This document shows, in pieces, positions 7,265 through 15,229 of a stretch of DNA of 16,290 nucleotides (the stretch's first letter is position 1; every line of letters begins with the position of its first letter). Origin of the DNA: Candidatus Wukongarchaeum yapensis (GTDB lineage: Archaea > Asgardarchaeota > Wukongarchaeia > Wukongarchaeales > Wukongarchaeaceae); NCBI GenBank assembly GCA_016840425.1, contig JAEOSI010000025.1:1-16290 (forward strand), given 5' to 3'. Both the position numbers and the translations under genes were made by a program. The notes below the pieces were generated by a model, which did no database searches, was not told where the DNA came from, and was given only the letters and a program-made list of their open reading frames with translations.

Positions 7265-8575
7265 GTGAACCCTATAAAATTTGCTCACATTAGTGATTTT
7301 CACCTTGGGTATTGTCAATACGGGCTCGCCAAAAGGTTTACTGATATCGGAAATGCTGCTCGCATAAGCATAGAAAAAGCTTTAGAAAGAAATGTGGATT
7401 TTATCCTCTTTACTGGAGATCTTTTTCACTGTCACTCTCCCTCATCAGGCACTTTAAGGCAAGCAATCAAAATTTTAGAAATGCCAAAAAAAGCTAGCAT
7501 TCCCTTTTACGTTATTCGTGGAAATCATGATGCTTCCTATGCAAGAAGCGAGAGATACGGCGGAGATGTCCTTGATTTCTTATCCGACTTAAGATACCTC
7601 CAGTATATAAAAGACTCTTATATCGACCATGATCCTTTGAGAATCTGGGGTGTAGGTTACTATGGTATACGGGCTAAAAAAAGGTTGTTAGAAGTACTTG
7701 AAAACCGAAAAAAAGAAGACGGAGAAGAACGGCTAGAAATTTTAGCCTTACACGCCCTAATCGAAGGACAGATGCCTTTTCATGAAATCGATCTTTACAC
7801 TTTGGCAAATCTGTCATTTAATTACATCGCCTTAGGTCACTACCACAATCGGTGGGAGTTGGCAAAACATAACTTATACTGTCCTGGAGCAACAGAACAC
7901 ATGGATACTCGGGAATGGAAATCCTCCCGAGGTTTTTACTTTGTTGAAGTTAAAAATTCAAAATTTAACACGGAGTTTATTGAAATTCCTGTAAGATTAA
8001 AAAAAGATATTAAAGTAGATCTTGGAACCGTGGATTTAAATGAAGCCCAAAGAAAAATGGAAGCGATAATCAAAGAAAATGATATAAAGGATGCAATGCT
8101 TCGATTCGAATTTACCGGACACTTAGCTCAAGGAAAGAAAGAACAGATATCTACCGCTCAACTCCTAAGTTTAGTTAGGCAAGCTTTCTACGTTGTAGAG
8201 ATTCGAAATTCATTAGAAAGCAAAACTATGCCAATAAAAGCAGCAGATCCTCAAGAGGCAATAAAAAAACTTCTATTAAAACTCCTTGGAAAAAAGAATG
8301 AAGAAGAAATCTTACCTGAAAGCGAATTAGTACAAGTTCTTTTAAGAGTTCTTGGTGAAGAAGGAGACATTGAATCTTCTTTAAAAATCATCGATGATTT
8401 CTTCCAAAAAAAGGAAAACATTAAACTTAAAGTTCAGCAAATCCCTGAAAAAGTTGAAATTTCAAAGGCTTTTAAGGAAAAAGAAGCTTTAAAGTCCCGC
8501 CCGTCTGAAAAAAACACTAACATTACTAAAAAATCAGCTAAAAAAAGAGTTCTTAACGACTTCTTCACCGATTAA
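7265..8575 (+). CDS. mre11: Mre11 DNA double-strand-break nuclease
   Basis: Phosphoesterase motifs SDFHLG, GDLF, GNHD, ALGHYH, YCPGATE. GTG start with AAGGTG RBS. Confidence 0.95.
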   Translation: MNPIKFAHISDFHLGYCQYGLAKRFTDIGNAARISIEKALERNVDFILFTGDLFHCHSPSSGTLRQAIKILEMPKKASIPFYVIRGNHDASYARSERYGGDVLDFLSDLRYLQYIKDSYIDHDPLRIWGVGYYGIRAKKRLLEVLENRKKEDGEERLEILALHALIEGQMPFHEIDLYTLANLSFNYIALGHYHNRWELAKHNLYCPGATEHMDTREWKSSRGFYFVEVKNSKFNTEFIEIPVRLKKDIKVDLGTVDLNEAQRKMEAIIKENDIKDAMLRFEFTGHLAQGKKEQISTAQLLSLVRQAFYVVEIRNSLESKTMPIKAADPQEAIKKLLLKLLGKKNEEEILPESELVQVLLRVLGEEGDIESSLKIIDDFFQKKENIKLKVQQIPEKVEISKAFKEKEALKSRPSEKNTNITKKSAKKRVLNDFFTD

Positions 8576-8590
8576 AAAGGGGGATAGAAA

Positions 8591-10768
8591 ATGGCTATAA
8601 AAAACATAAAACTTGTTGATTTTAAATCCTATGCCGAACAACAAGTAGAACTGCCTATGGGCAGAATAATGATTCTAGGGCAAAACGGGGCAGGGAAAAC
8701 TACCTTGTTACAAGCAATACATTTCGGGCTTTTCGGTAAAAGTGATAGAAAAAATATAGAACTTATAAGACAGGGAGCAAAAAAAGCTACTGTCGAAGTA
8801 TCTTTCAGTACTCAAAAAGGAGATTATACTATTGAAAGATCTCTTATAATAGAAAGAAATAATGTAAAGCATGAAGCCCTAATGAAGGATGATTTAGGGA
8901 ACATTATCGCAAATAATCCTATTTCTGTGCTTACCGAAGTGGAAAAAATACTTTCTACTACAGAAAACATTTTCAGGAACGCTGTTTATGTGGGACAAGG
9001 CGAGATCGCGCAAATAGCTTTCCAGGCGCCTAGTGAGCGAAAAAAACTTTTAGATCGCCTATTAGGTCTCCAAATTTATGAGAATGCTTGGGAAAAGACC
9101 AGAGAGATAATGAAAGCTATTGGAAATAGGATTAACAAATTGGAAGATGAAATCAAAACGCTAAAAGAAGAAGCTAGCAAAAAGACCATCGTCCAAGAAA
9201 AATTACAAAAAGAAAAGACTGAAGTTAAAAAGAGTAAGGAAACTCTCCAAAACTTAAAAAAAACTCTTAAACACCTAAATAAAGACTATGAGGAGAAAAA
9301 AAAGATTAAAGATGAACTTATAAAAGTAAGAACGGAAAGAGAAAAGATTGAAGAATCTCTAAAAAACTTAAATAGCGAAGAAAAAAGCCTTAAATCCACG
9401 TTAGAAAAAGATTTGGGAGAAAAATGGGCAGAAAAAATAATGAAATTAGAGGAGATAAAGGAAAAAATAAACGATCTTGAAAAACAACTTGAAATCATTG
9501 AAAACGATTTAAATCTTAAAATAGAAAAAATGGAAAATGAAAAACAAAAATCTGTTAAATCTTTACAAGAAGAAACTAAAAGAACTTTACAAGAAGTAAG
9601 AGAAAAAAAAGATTTACTTGAACGTAAAATCGGCGAACTCACAGGAAATTTAAAACCTTTAAAAGACCAAATAAAATCCTTTTCATCCCTAAAAGAAGAA
9701 ACTATTTGTCCCACATGTCGACAAAAACTAACCCCTCAACATGTCGAAAAGATCCTTTTGGAAAGTGAGAGAAAATTTTCAGAAATAAAAGCTGAAAAAG
9801 ACAATCTTGAAAACAGTATTCTTAAACTGAAAGAAAAAGAGTCTATGGTATCCAAAAATTTGGAAGAATCCGTATCTAAAATAGAGGCAGAATTCAAAGA
9901 AAAAAAGGAAAACTTGCACAAAAATTTCAAAGAAGACAAGCAAAAATTGTCAGAAGATCTAAAAAATATGAGAAATCTTTACCAACGACTTGAAAAGGGA
10001 AGGATTTTCCAGCAACGATTAGAAAACGTTTTAAAAGATTTAAAATCGCAAGGAGATCTATTTAAATCGGTAGATGCCCGGTTCCAAGAGCTAAATAGCT
10101 CTTTCGCCACTGCCACTTTTAAACATCTTGAAGATGAAGTAAAAAAGCAAGAAAACCAAAAAGCTAAACTCGAAACCAGAATTGATCTCTCTGAAAACAA
10201 GTTAATACCAGAATTCGAAAACCAGCTTGAAACTATTAATAAAAAGGAGCAAGAACTAAGAGAAAAAGAAGAAAAACTTTCTGTAGAAAAAGAAAAGTTG
10301 CAATTAACAGATATCTTGCGCAACCTTTTCAGAGATATCCAACCAGTAATAAGGGACGCCTTAGTTGAAAGTATAAGCGAAGAAGCAACAAAAACATTCA
10401 AAGAGCTAATAAATAATCCAGAATTTGACCAATTAAAATTAACATCCGAATACGATATTCAATGTTATCGACACGGTAATCCTACAGACATTCGTCTTCT
10501 CAGTGGCGGTGAACAAATAATCGCTTGTCTAGCTTTAAGATTAGGAATAGCAGAAGTTATCGGTCGACAAGACCTCTTGATATTAGATGAACCAACAGTA
10601 CATCTAGACCAAGAGCACAGAACAGAACTTGTAGAAGTCTTATCTTACCTAAAATCAATGCCCCAATTAATAGTCGTTACTCACGACTCCACATTCGCAA
10701 ATGCGGCGGAATATATCCTAACGGTAGAAAAAACAGGAAATGGATCATCAATACATATAGAGTCTTAA
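8591..10768 (+). CDS. rad50: Rad50 SMC-like ATPase
   Basis: GQNGAGKTT (Walker A), YVGQGEI (Q-loop), coiled coils, CPTC zinc hook (Cys373, nt 9707-9718), LSGGEQ signature, LILDEPTVHLD, VTHD. Confidence 0.96.
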   Translation: MAIKNIKLVDFKSYAEQQVELPMGRIMILGQNGAGKTTLLQAIHFGLFGKSDRKNIELIRQGAKKATVEVSFSTQKGDYTIERSLIIERNNVKHEALMKDDLGNIIANNPISVLTEVEKILSTTENIFRNAVYVGQGEIAQIAFQAPSERKKLLDRLLGLQIYENAWEKTREIMKAIGNRINKLEDEIKTLKEEASKKTIVQEKLQKEKTEVKKSKETLQNLKKTLKHLNKDYEEKKKIKDELIKVRTEREKIEESLKNLNSEEKSLKSTLEKDLGEKWAEKIMKLEEIKEKINDLEKQLEIIENDLNLKIEKMENEKQKSVKSLQEETKRTLQEVREKKDLLERKIGELTGNLKPLKDQIKSFSSLKEETICPTCRQKLTPQHVEKILLESERKFSEIKAEKDNLENSILKLKEKESMVSKNLEESVSKIEAEFKEKKENLHKNFKEDKQKLSEDLKNMRNLYQRLEKGRIFQQRLENVLKDLKSQGDLFKSVDARFQELNSSFATATFKHLEDEVKKQENQKAKLETRIDLSENKLIPEFENQLETINKKEQELREKEEKLSVEKEKLQLTDILRNLFRDIQPVIRDALVESISEEATKTFKELINNPEFDQLKLTSEYDIQCYRHGNPTDIRLLSGGEQIIACLALRLGIAEVIGRQDLLILDEPTVHLDQEHRTELVEVLSYLKSMPQLIVVTHDSTFANAAEYILTVEKTGNGSSIHIES

Positions 10769-10776
10769 TATTGCAA

Positions 10777-11184
10777 TTATAATTCTCCAAAAATTAAGAC
10801 GTTAACAGTTCTTGTTCTTGGGGGATCGAAATCTGTTAAAAAAATGTGTTCCCACGTACCTAAAGCCAATTTCTTATCAAATAATGGGATAACTCTGCTG
10901 TTTCCGACTATTACAGCTTTAATATGGCTATGAGCATTATTATCAATTCTATCATGTTTATATCCCGCTGACCTTGGCACTATTTTCGCAAGCGTCTCTC
11001 TTATATCCTCAACAAGACCTTTTTCATTCTCATTAATAATCACAGAAGCTGTAGTATGTGGTGTATACACAACAGCTAGCCCATTTTTAGCCCCTGATTT
11101 TGAAACTATCTCCCCCACATTTCGTGTAATATCTAATATTTCCTCTTTTGTTGTTTTCACATGAAAACTCTCTAAATAGAACAT
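10777..11184 (-). CDS. yjbQ: YjbQ/UPF0047 protein (secondary thiamine-phosphate synthase family)
   Basis: YTPHTTASVIINEN, NAHSHIKA, LALGTWEHIFLTDFD. Confidence 0.92.
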   Translation of the reverse strand: MFYLESFHVKTTKEEILDITRNVGEIVSKSGAKNGLAVVYTPHTTASVIINENEKGLVEDIRETLAKIVPRSAGYKHDRIDNNAHSHIKAVIVGNSRVIPLFDKKLALGTWEHIFLTDFDPPRTRTVNVLIFGEL

Positions 11185-11197
11185 TTAAATCCCCTTT

Positions 11198-11899
11198 TTA
11201 TTCACCTAGGAATAAGCGCTTGGCTAAAAACTCTGGAAGATCTTTCTCAATTATTGCCCTTGCCGCAGCCTGAATATCGTAATCAACCCGCGCTATCTCG
11301 ATTTTAACTTTGTGCTCTTCTTCTATGTCGATTAAAGCAAAACTTGCCCTAGGGTCAAAATCCCTCGGTTGCCCAACCGCGCCAGGATTTAAAATAATCC
11401 CATGTTCACACTCCCATACATAGGGTATATGTGTATGTCCTATAAGTATAAAATCTGATTCCATCTGTGCAAGATATAGTTCGAGACGCCTTGGAGGATG
11501 TACACTAGGAAAAATATACTCATCAGGGTCAAGGGGTGAACCATGAGCTACTGTAAAATTTATGCCTCCAATCTCTACTTCTACCCTGACATAGGGTAAT
11601 GATTCCAACCACTCCAACGATTCTTTTGTAAGGACTTTTTCAGTCCATAAAAGTGATTCCATGGCTATAGGATTAAAACCATAATAATCTGATGTTATTA
11701 TCGCACGATCGTGATTTCCTTGACACGCTTCCACAGTAATATTTTCAATCATCTCAATACATTCATTAGGGTATGCTCCGTATCCCACAATATCTCCACA
11801 ACATAATACTGCATCCACTTTCGCCTTTCTCATCTCCGTTAAAACAGCACAAAGAGCATGAAGATTGGAATGGATATCACTTATAACCGCTATCCTCAA
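11198..11899 (-). CDS. Calcineurin-like metallophosphoesterase
   Basis: SDIHSN, CGDIVGYG, GNHD, HGSP, GHTH, NPGAVGQPRD. TTG start with AGGTGG RBS. Only 13 nt separate it from yjbQ. Confidence 0.92.
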   Translation of the reverse strand: MRIAVISDIHSNLHALCAVLTEMRKAKVDAVLCCGDIVGYGAYPNECIEMIENITVEACQGNHDRAIITSDYYGFNPIAMESLLWTEKVLTKESLEWLESLPYVRVEVEIGGINFTVAHGSPLDPDEYIFPSVHPPRRLELYLAQMESDFILIGHTHIPYVWECEHGIILNPGAVGQPRDFDPRASFALIDIEEEHKVKIEIARVDYDIQAAARAIIEKDLPEFLAKRLFLGE

Positions 11900-11973
11900 A
11901 ATAAGTCTTCCACCTTTTAGCCACTTGATGATTATGCTTAAAAATTTACAACCTAAATTTTATATTCACTTAA

Positions 11974-12120
11974 TTAAACCTTTGTAAAAACCTTCCTCAT
12001 TTCTAAATCAAGTGCTTCATCTTTCAAAAAAATACCCGTTGTATCGGAATGTTTTTCCATCATTCTTCTAAATATTTCGAAATCACTTAGTTTCCCTGAA
12101 ATTCTTTTTAAATTGTTCAA
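11974..12120 (-). CDS. Possible small protein (48 aa), unknown function
   Basis: Manual translation from TTG: MNNLKRISGKLSDFEIFRRMMEKHSDTTGIFLKDEALDLEMRKVFTKV. Composition is charged and protein-like, but there is no clear RBS. Confidence 0.35.
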   Translation of the reverse strand: MNNLKRISGKLSDFEIFRRMMEKHSDTTGIFLKDEALDLEMRKVFTKV

Positions 12121-12177
12121 ACCAATATGTTTTATAAATCAGGTTAACAGAGTTTTATCGCTATTTGGAGATTTTAC

Positions 12178-12249
12178 ATGAAAGTAATTAAAGGTAAAAA
12201 GGTTTGTTCACTAGTAACAGTTCCGGGGGCTAAAAATCAGAAGATTTGA
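12178..12249 (+). CDS. Possible 23-aa small ORF upstream of thrS
   Basis: GGAG at 12167-12170, 7 nt before ATG. Encodes MKVIKGKKVCSLVTVPGAKNQKI, ending in TGA. Confidence 0.25.
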   Translation: MKVIKGKKVCSLVTVPGAKNQKI

Positions 12250-12379
12250 AAAGGATAATATAGACCACGAAAAACTATAATAAACCTAAAACCTAAACAA
12301 GTTTTGCAAAAAACTTAGCAAACTCGTATAAATGTTAATCAGTTCTCTCCAAATATTATGTTTGATGGAGGCTTATTGC

Positions 12380-14299
12380 TTGAAAATATTGCTTATTCAT
12401 GCGGATTTCTTTGAATTTGAGCCAAAAAAACGCGCTATAAAAGCTTCAGAAACCGTGGAAAAAACCGTCAAAAAATTTGACGATTGCTTGGTAGCCTTTT
12501 CTGCAGTAGAACAAGAAGATGAAATAAACATTGAAAAAATTGCTGAAAAAACAGCTATGGAAATCAAAAATGTAGCAGAACAATTAAAAGAAAAAACTAT
12601 CATAATTTACCCTTTTGTCCACTTAACTGAGAATCCCTCAAGACCCGATACGGCATTAAATGTGCTTCGGGAAACCGAAAAAATACTTCAAAACCTGGGA
12701 TTAACAGTATATAGGGCCCCCTTTGGTTGGTATAAAGCTTTCAATATCGCCTGTAAAGGTCATCCTCTCTCAGAATTAAGTCGGCATATAATCTCTGAGG
12801 AAGTGGAAAAAGAAGCTGCTTCCTCAGAAAGCATGGATATTACTGACGTTATCACAAAGGAAGAGGATGTTACTGCCCTTAAAGCAGAGGAAGAAACAAA
12901 ATCCACCTTCTATATTCTTACCCCCCAAGGCGTCCTTATACCAGCAGAAGAATACGATTTCAATGGCTATGAAAATCTTCAAAAGTTAGCTCTATATGAA
13001 ATGGCTAAAAAACGAGTTTCAGAAACTCCTCCCCCCCACACCTATCTAATGCGAAAGTTAGAGTTAGTCGATTATGCTCCTGGAAGTGATGCTGGAAACC
13101 TAAGATGGTTGCCAAAAGGATTCATCGTCAAAAACCTTCTCGAAACCTTCGTTGCAGAAAAATCTTATGAATACGGCGCTCTCCCTGTAGAGACTCCTGA
13201 AATGTATGACTACCAACATCCAGCCCTTGAAAGCTATTTAAAAAGATTCCCAGCAAGGCAATACGTCGTTAGAAGCGGCACAAAAAGGTATTTCCTCCGT
13301 TTTTCTGCATGTTTTGGGCAATTTTTGATAAAACATGATTCAACAATCAGCTATAAGAACCTCCCATTAAAAATGTTTGAGTTAACCAGATATGCCTTCA
13401 GACGTGAACAGAGGGGAGAACTTGCAGGTTTAAGACGCTTAAGAGCGTTCACAATGCCCGATATGCATACGATATGTAAAGATATAAATGAAGCTAAAAA
13501 AGTGTTTACTGAACAGTTTAATCTTTCAAGGGAAATAATGCAGGCTATAGAAGTTGATCCTGAACTCGAAGTAGCGTTTAGAGTAGCTGAAGATTTCTGG
13601 GAAGAACACAAAGAATGGATAATAGACATGATAAAACAAACAGGAAAACCAGCACTAATTGAGATGTTTAAAAAAAGATACGCTTACTTTATAACAAAAA
13701 TGGAGTTCAACTTCGTAGATTCACAAAACAAAGCAGCAGCCCTTGCAACAGTCCAAATAGACGTAGAAAACGCTCAACGCTTCGACATAACCTTTATTGA
13801 TCGAGCTGGAAAAGAAAAAACCCCCTTAATCCTCCACTGTTCTATAAGTGGAGCCATTGAAAGATGTCTTTATGCCATGTTAGAAAAAGCATATATGGAA
13901 CAACAAAAAGGAAATGTTCCTGAACTACCTTTGTGGGTATCCCCCATCCAAGTCCGAATTATTCCCGTAAGCGAACGATTCAGCGAAAAATGTATGGAAC
14001 TCTCAAACAAATTAAACAACCTCTTTATCCGCACCGATTTAGACGATAGAGAACTAACCGTAGGAAAAAAGATAAGAGACGCGGAAGTAAACTGGATACC
14101 CCTAATAGTGGTTATAGGTGGGAAAGAAGTGGAAAACAACATTCTTTCTGTAAGAATCCGAAAAGAAAGAAAAGAGCTAAAAATGACTTTAGACCAATTA
14201 ATAGAATTCGTAGAAAAATCTAGAAAAAACAAACCCAAAATATTTCTCCCATACCCAAAAGAGGTATCCAAACAACCCATATGGATACCTATGACCTAA
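12380..14299 (+). CDS. thrS: Threonyl-tRNA synthetase, archaeal type with N-terminal editing domain
   Basis: MKILLIHADFFEF...YPFVHL...APFGWYKAFNIACKGHPLSELSR (archaeal editing domain); RFSACFG, FRREQRGELAGLRRLRAFTMPDMH, HCSISGAIER; C-terminal anticodon-binding domain. TTG 12380 with GGAGG RBS is preferred over ATG 12332. Confidence 0.97.
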   Translation: MKILLIHADFFEFEPKKRAIKASETVEKTVKKFDDCLVAFSAVEQEDEINIEKIAEKTAMEIKNVAEQLKEKTIIIYPFVHLTENPSRPDTALNVLRETEKILQNLGLTVYRAPFGWYKAFNIACKGHPLSELSRHIISEEVEKEAASSESMDITDVITKEEDVTALKAEEETKSTFYILTPQGVLIPAEEYDFNGYENLQKLALYEMAKKRVSETPPPHTYLMRKLELVDYAPGSDAGNLRWLPKGFIVKNLLETFVAEKSYEYGALPVETPEMYDYQHPALESYLKRFPARQYVVRSGTKRYFLRFSACFGQFLIKHDSTISYKNLPLKMFELTRYAFRREQRGELAGLRRLRAFTMPDMHTICKDINEAKKVFTEQFNLSREIMQAIEVDPELEVAFRVAEDFWEEHKEWIIDMIKQTGKPALIEMFKKRYAYFITKMEFNFVDSQNKAAALATVQIDVENAQRFDITFIDRAGKEKTPLILHCSISGAIERCLYAMLEKAYMEQQKGNVPELPLWVSPIQVRIIPVSERFSEKCMELSNKLNNLFIRTDLDDRELTVGKKIRDAEVNWIPLIVVIGGKEVENNILSVRIRKERKELKMTLDQLIEFVEKSRKNKPKIFLPYPKEVSKQPIWIPMT

Positions 14300-14308
14300 T
14301 AATCCCAA

Positions 14309-14333
14309 TTTTTTCATATCTTTTTTTAATTTT
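14309..14333 (+). terminator. Oligo-T terminator candidate after thrS
   Basis: T6 (14309-14314) and T7 (14321-14327) tracts just after the stop, in a convergent gap. Confidence 0.4.
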
Positions 14334-14353
14334 CTCCCTTCCCAAAAACTATC

Positions 14354-14983
14354 TCAGAGAAGTTCTGCCAGCTTTTGCATAATGATCTGAAGCGCTTCTT
14401 TTCTTACCTTAGACGATAAAATGCCTCTTTTTTCAAGGACATCTCTTAAAAATTCTTTAGTATACGTTTTTTTCTCATCATCTTCAATCCAATTAGAATA
14501 GGCTAAAGACAAAATTACAGGTTCGCTTTTAATCAATTCTTCAACGATTTTTGAAGCAACTTCTTTTAAATCATCCTTCTCATCAATCATGGTAAATTCA
14601 CAAAAGCTATCCCCTAGCCCCCAGCATTTCTCCTCAATCACCTTTATTTTCTTACCTAAAGCTTCAGATAAGAAACCTGCTAGGAGCCCTGCTTCAAAAT
14701 AACAAAGAGAAGAATCCACTTTAGGCAACCCGGAACAAGCTGCACAATCAGAAATCTCAACCTTCAAATTATCAATATCAAAATCGATCATTCCTATCTT
14801 AGCACGCTCCGTCATGAGCTGAAACATACTCAAAGCAAACAAAACATCCGCATTTCCTTGAAAATACAAATTTTTACCAATCCGAGCGCCTAAACTTTCA
14901 CCTTTAGCGTAAAGATTATTTCTAAAATTAGGGTTCTCTAATAAACTTTCAATAAACATCAATCTATGAGACACATAAACCAC
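14354..14983 (-). CDS. V4R-domain protein with C-terminal helical extension
   Basis: ISDCAAC, LCYFEAGLLAGFL, VIEEKCWGLGDSFCEF: V4R Cys/Glu pattern. GTG start with GGGGA 7 nt upstream; the start position is uncertain. Confidence 0.88.
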   Translation of the reverse strand: MVYVSHRLMFIESLLENPNFRNNLYAKGESLGARIGKNLYFQGNADVLFALSMFQLMTERAKIGMIDFDIDNLKVEISDCAACSGLPKVDSSLCYFEAGLLAGFLSEALGKKIKVIEEKCWGLGDSFCEFTMIDEKDDLKEVASKIVEELIKSEPVILSLAYSNWIEDDEKKTYTKEFLRDVLEKRGILSSKVRKEALQIIMQKLAELL

Positions 14984-15229
14984 AGGATATTCCCCGGATT
15001 TTTTTTTCTTCGTATCACTACATGAAATACTACCCTCTGTCCGCTTTTCATTCCTTTTTAGCAGACTCGTAAAATTACCCCCTTTTCCGAATATCCTACT
15101 AATTATTTGTTATTAATCGTATTTAAATTAGATGTCTAAACCAACAGAAAAACTTAAAACCGTTCGAATAATCGCATTTTAAAAATATAAAATCGGAAAT
15201 CCATTTTCCTAAAAAATGAAGGAAGAGAA

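Noticed and set aside
9100-10300. A-rich quasi-repeats (GAAAAA, AAAGAA) in rad50
   Set aside because: These are Lys/Glu codons of the coiled coil, not a tandem repeat or CRISPR array.
4562-10768. NurA/HerA/SbcCD-like genes as a novel anti-phage defence system
   Set aside because: Motifs and composition match the housekeeping archaeal DSB-resection operon. No effector (Sir2, nuclease, toxin) or mobile context is present.
2938-12145. Identical 11-mer TAAATCAGGTT in two divergent intergenic regions (2938-2948 and 12135-12145)
   Set aside because: It is not palindromic and occurs only twice; a match this short is plausible by chance in AT-rich spacers.
12332-12379. N-terminal extension of ThrRS from ATG 12332, or a Thr attenuator/T-box leader
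   Set aside because: Homology begins at MKILLIH, and the TTG at 12380 has a GGAGG RBS. No Thr-codon run or T-box-like structure is visible.
14849-14875. KNLYFQGNA in the V4R protein, almost a TEV protease site (ENLYFQ/G) as found in cloning vectors
   Set aside because: It is in frame in the middle of a native-looking domain, uses the host's AT-rich codons and has no adjacent tag or vector sequence. Coincidence, though relevant if the protein is expressed with a TEV-cleavable tag.
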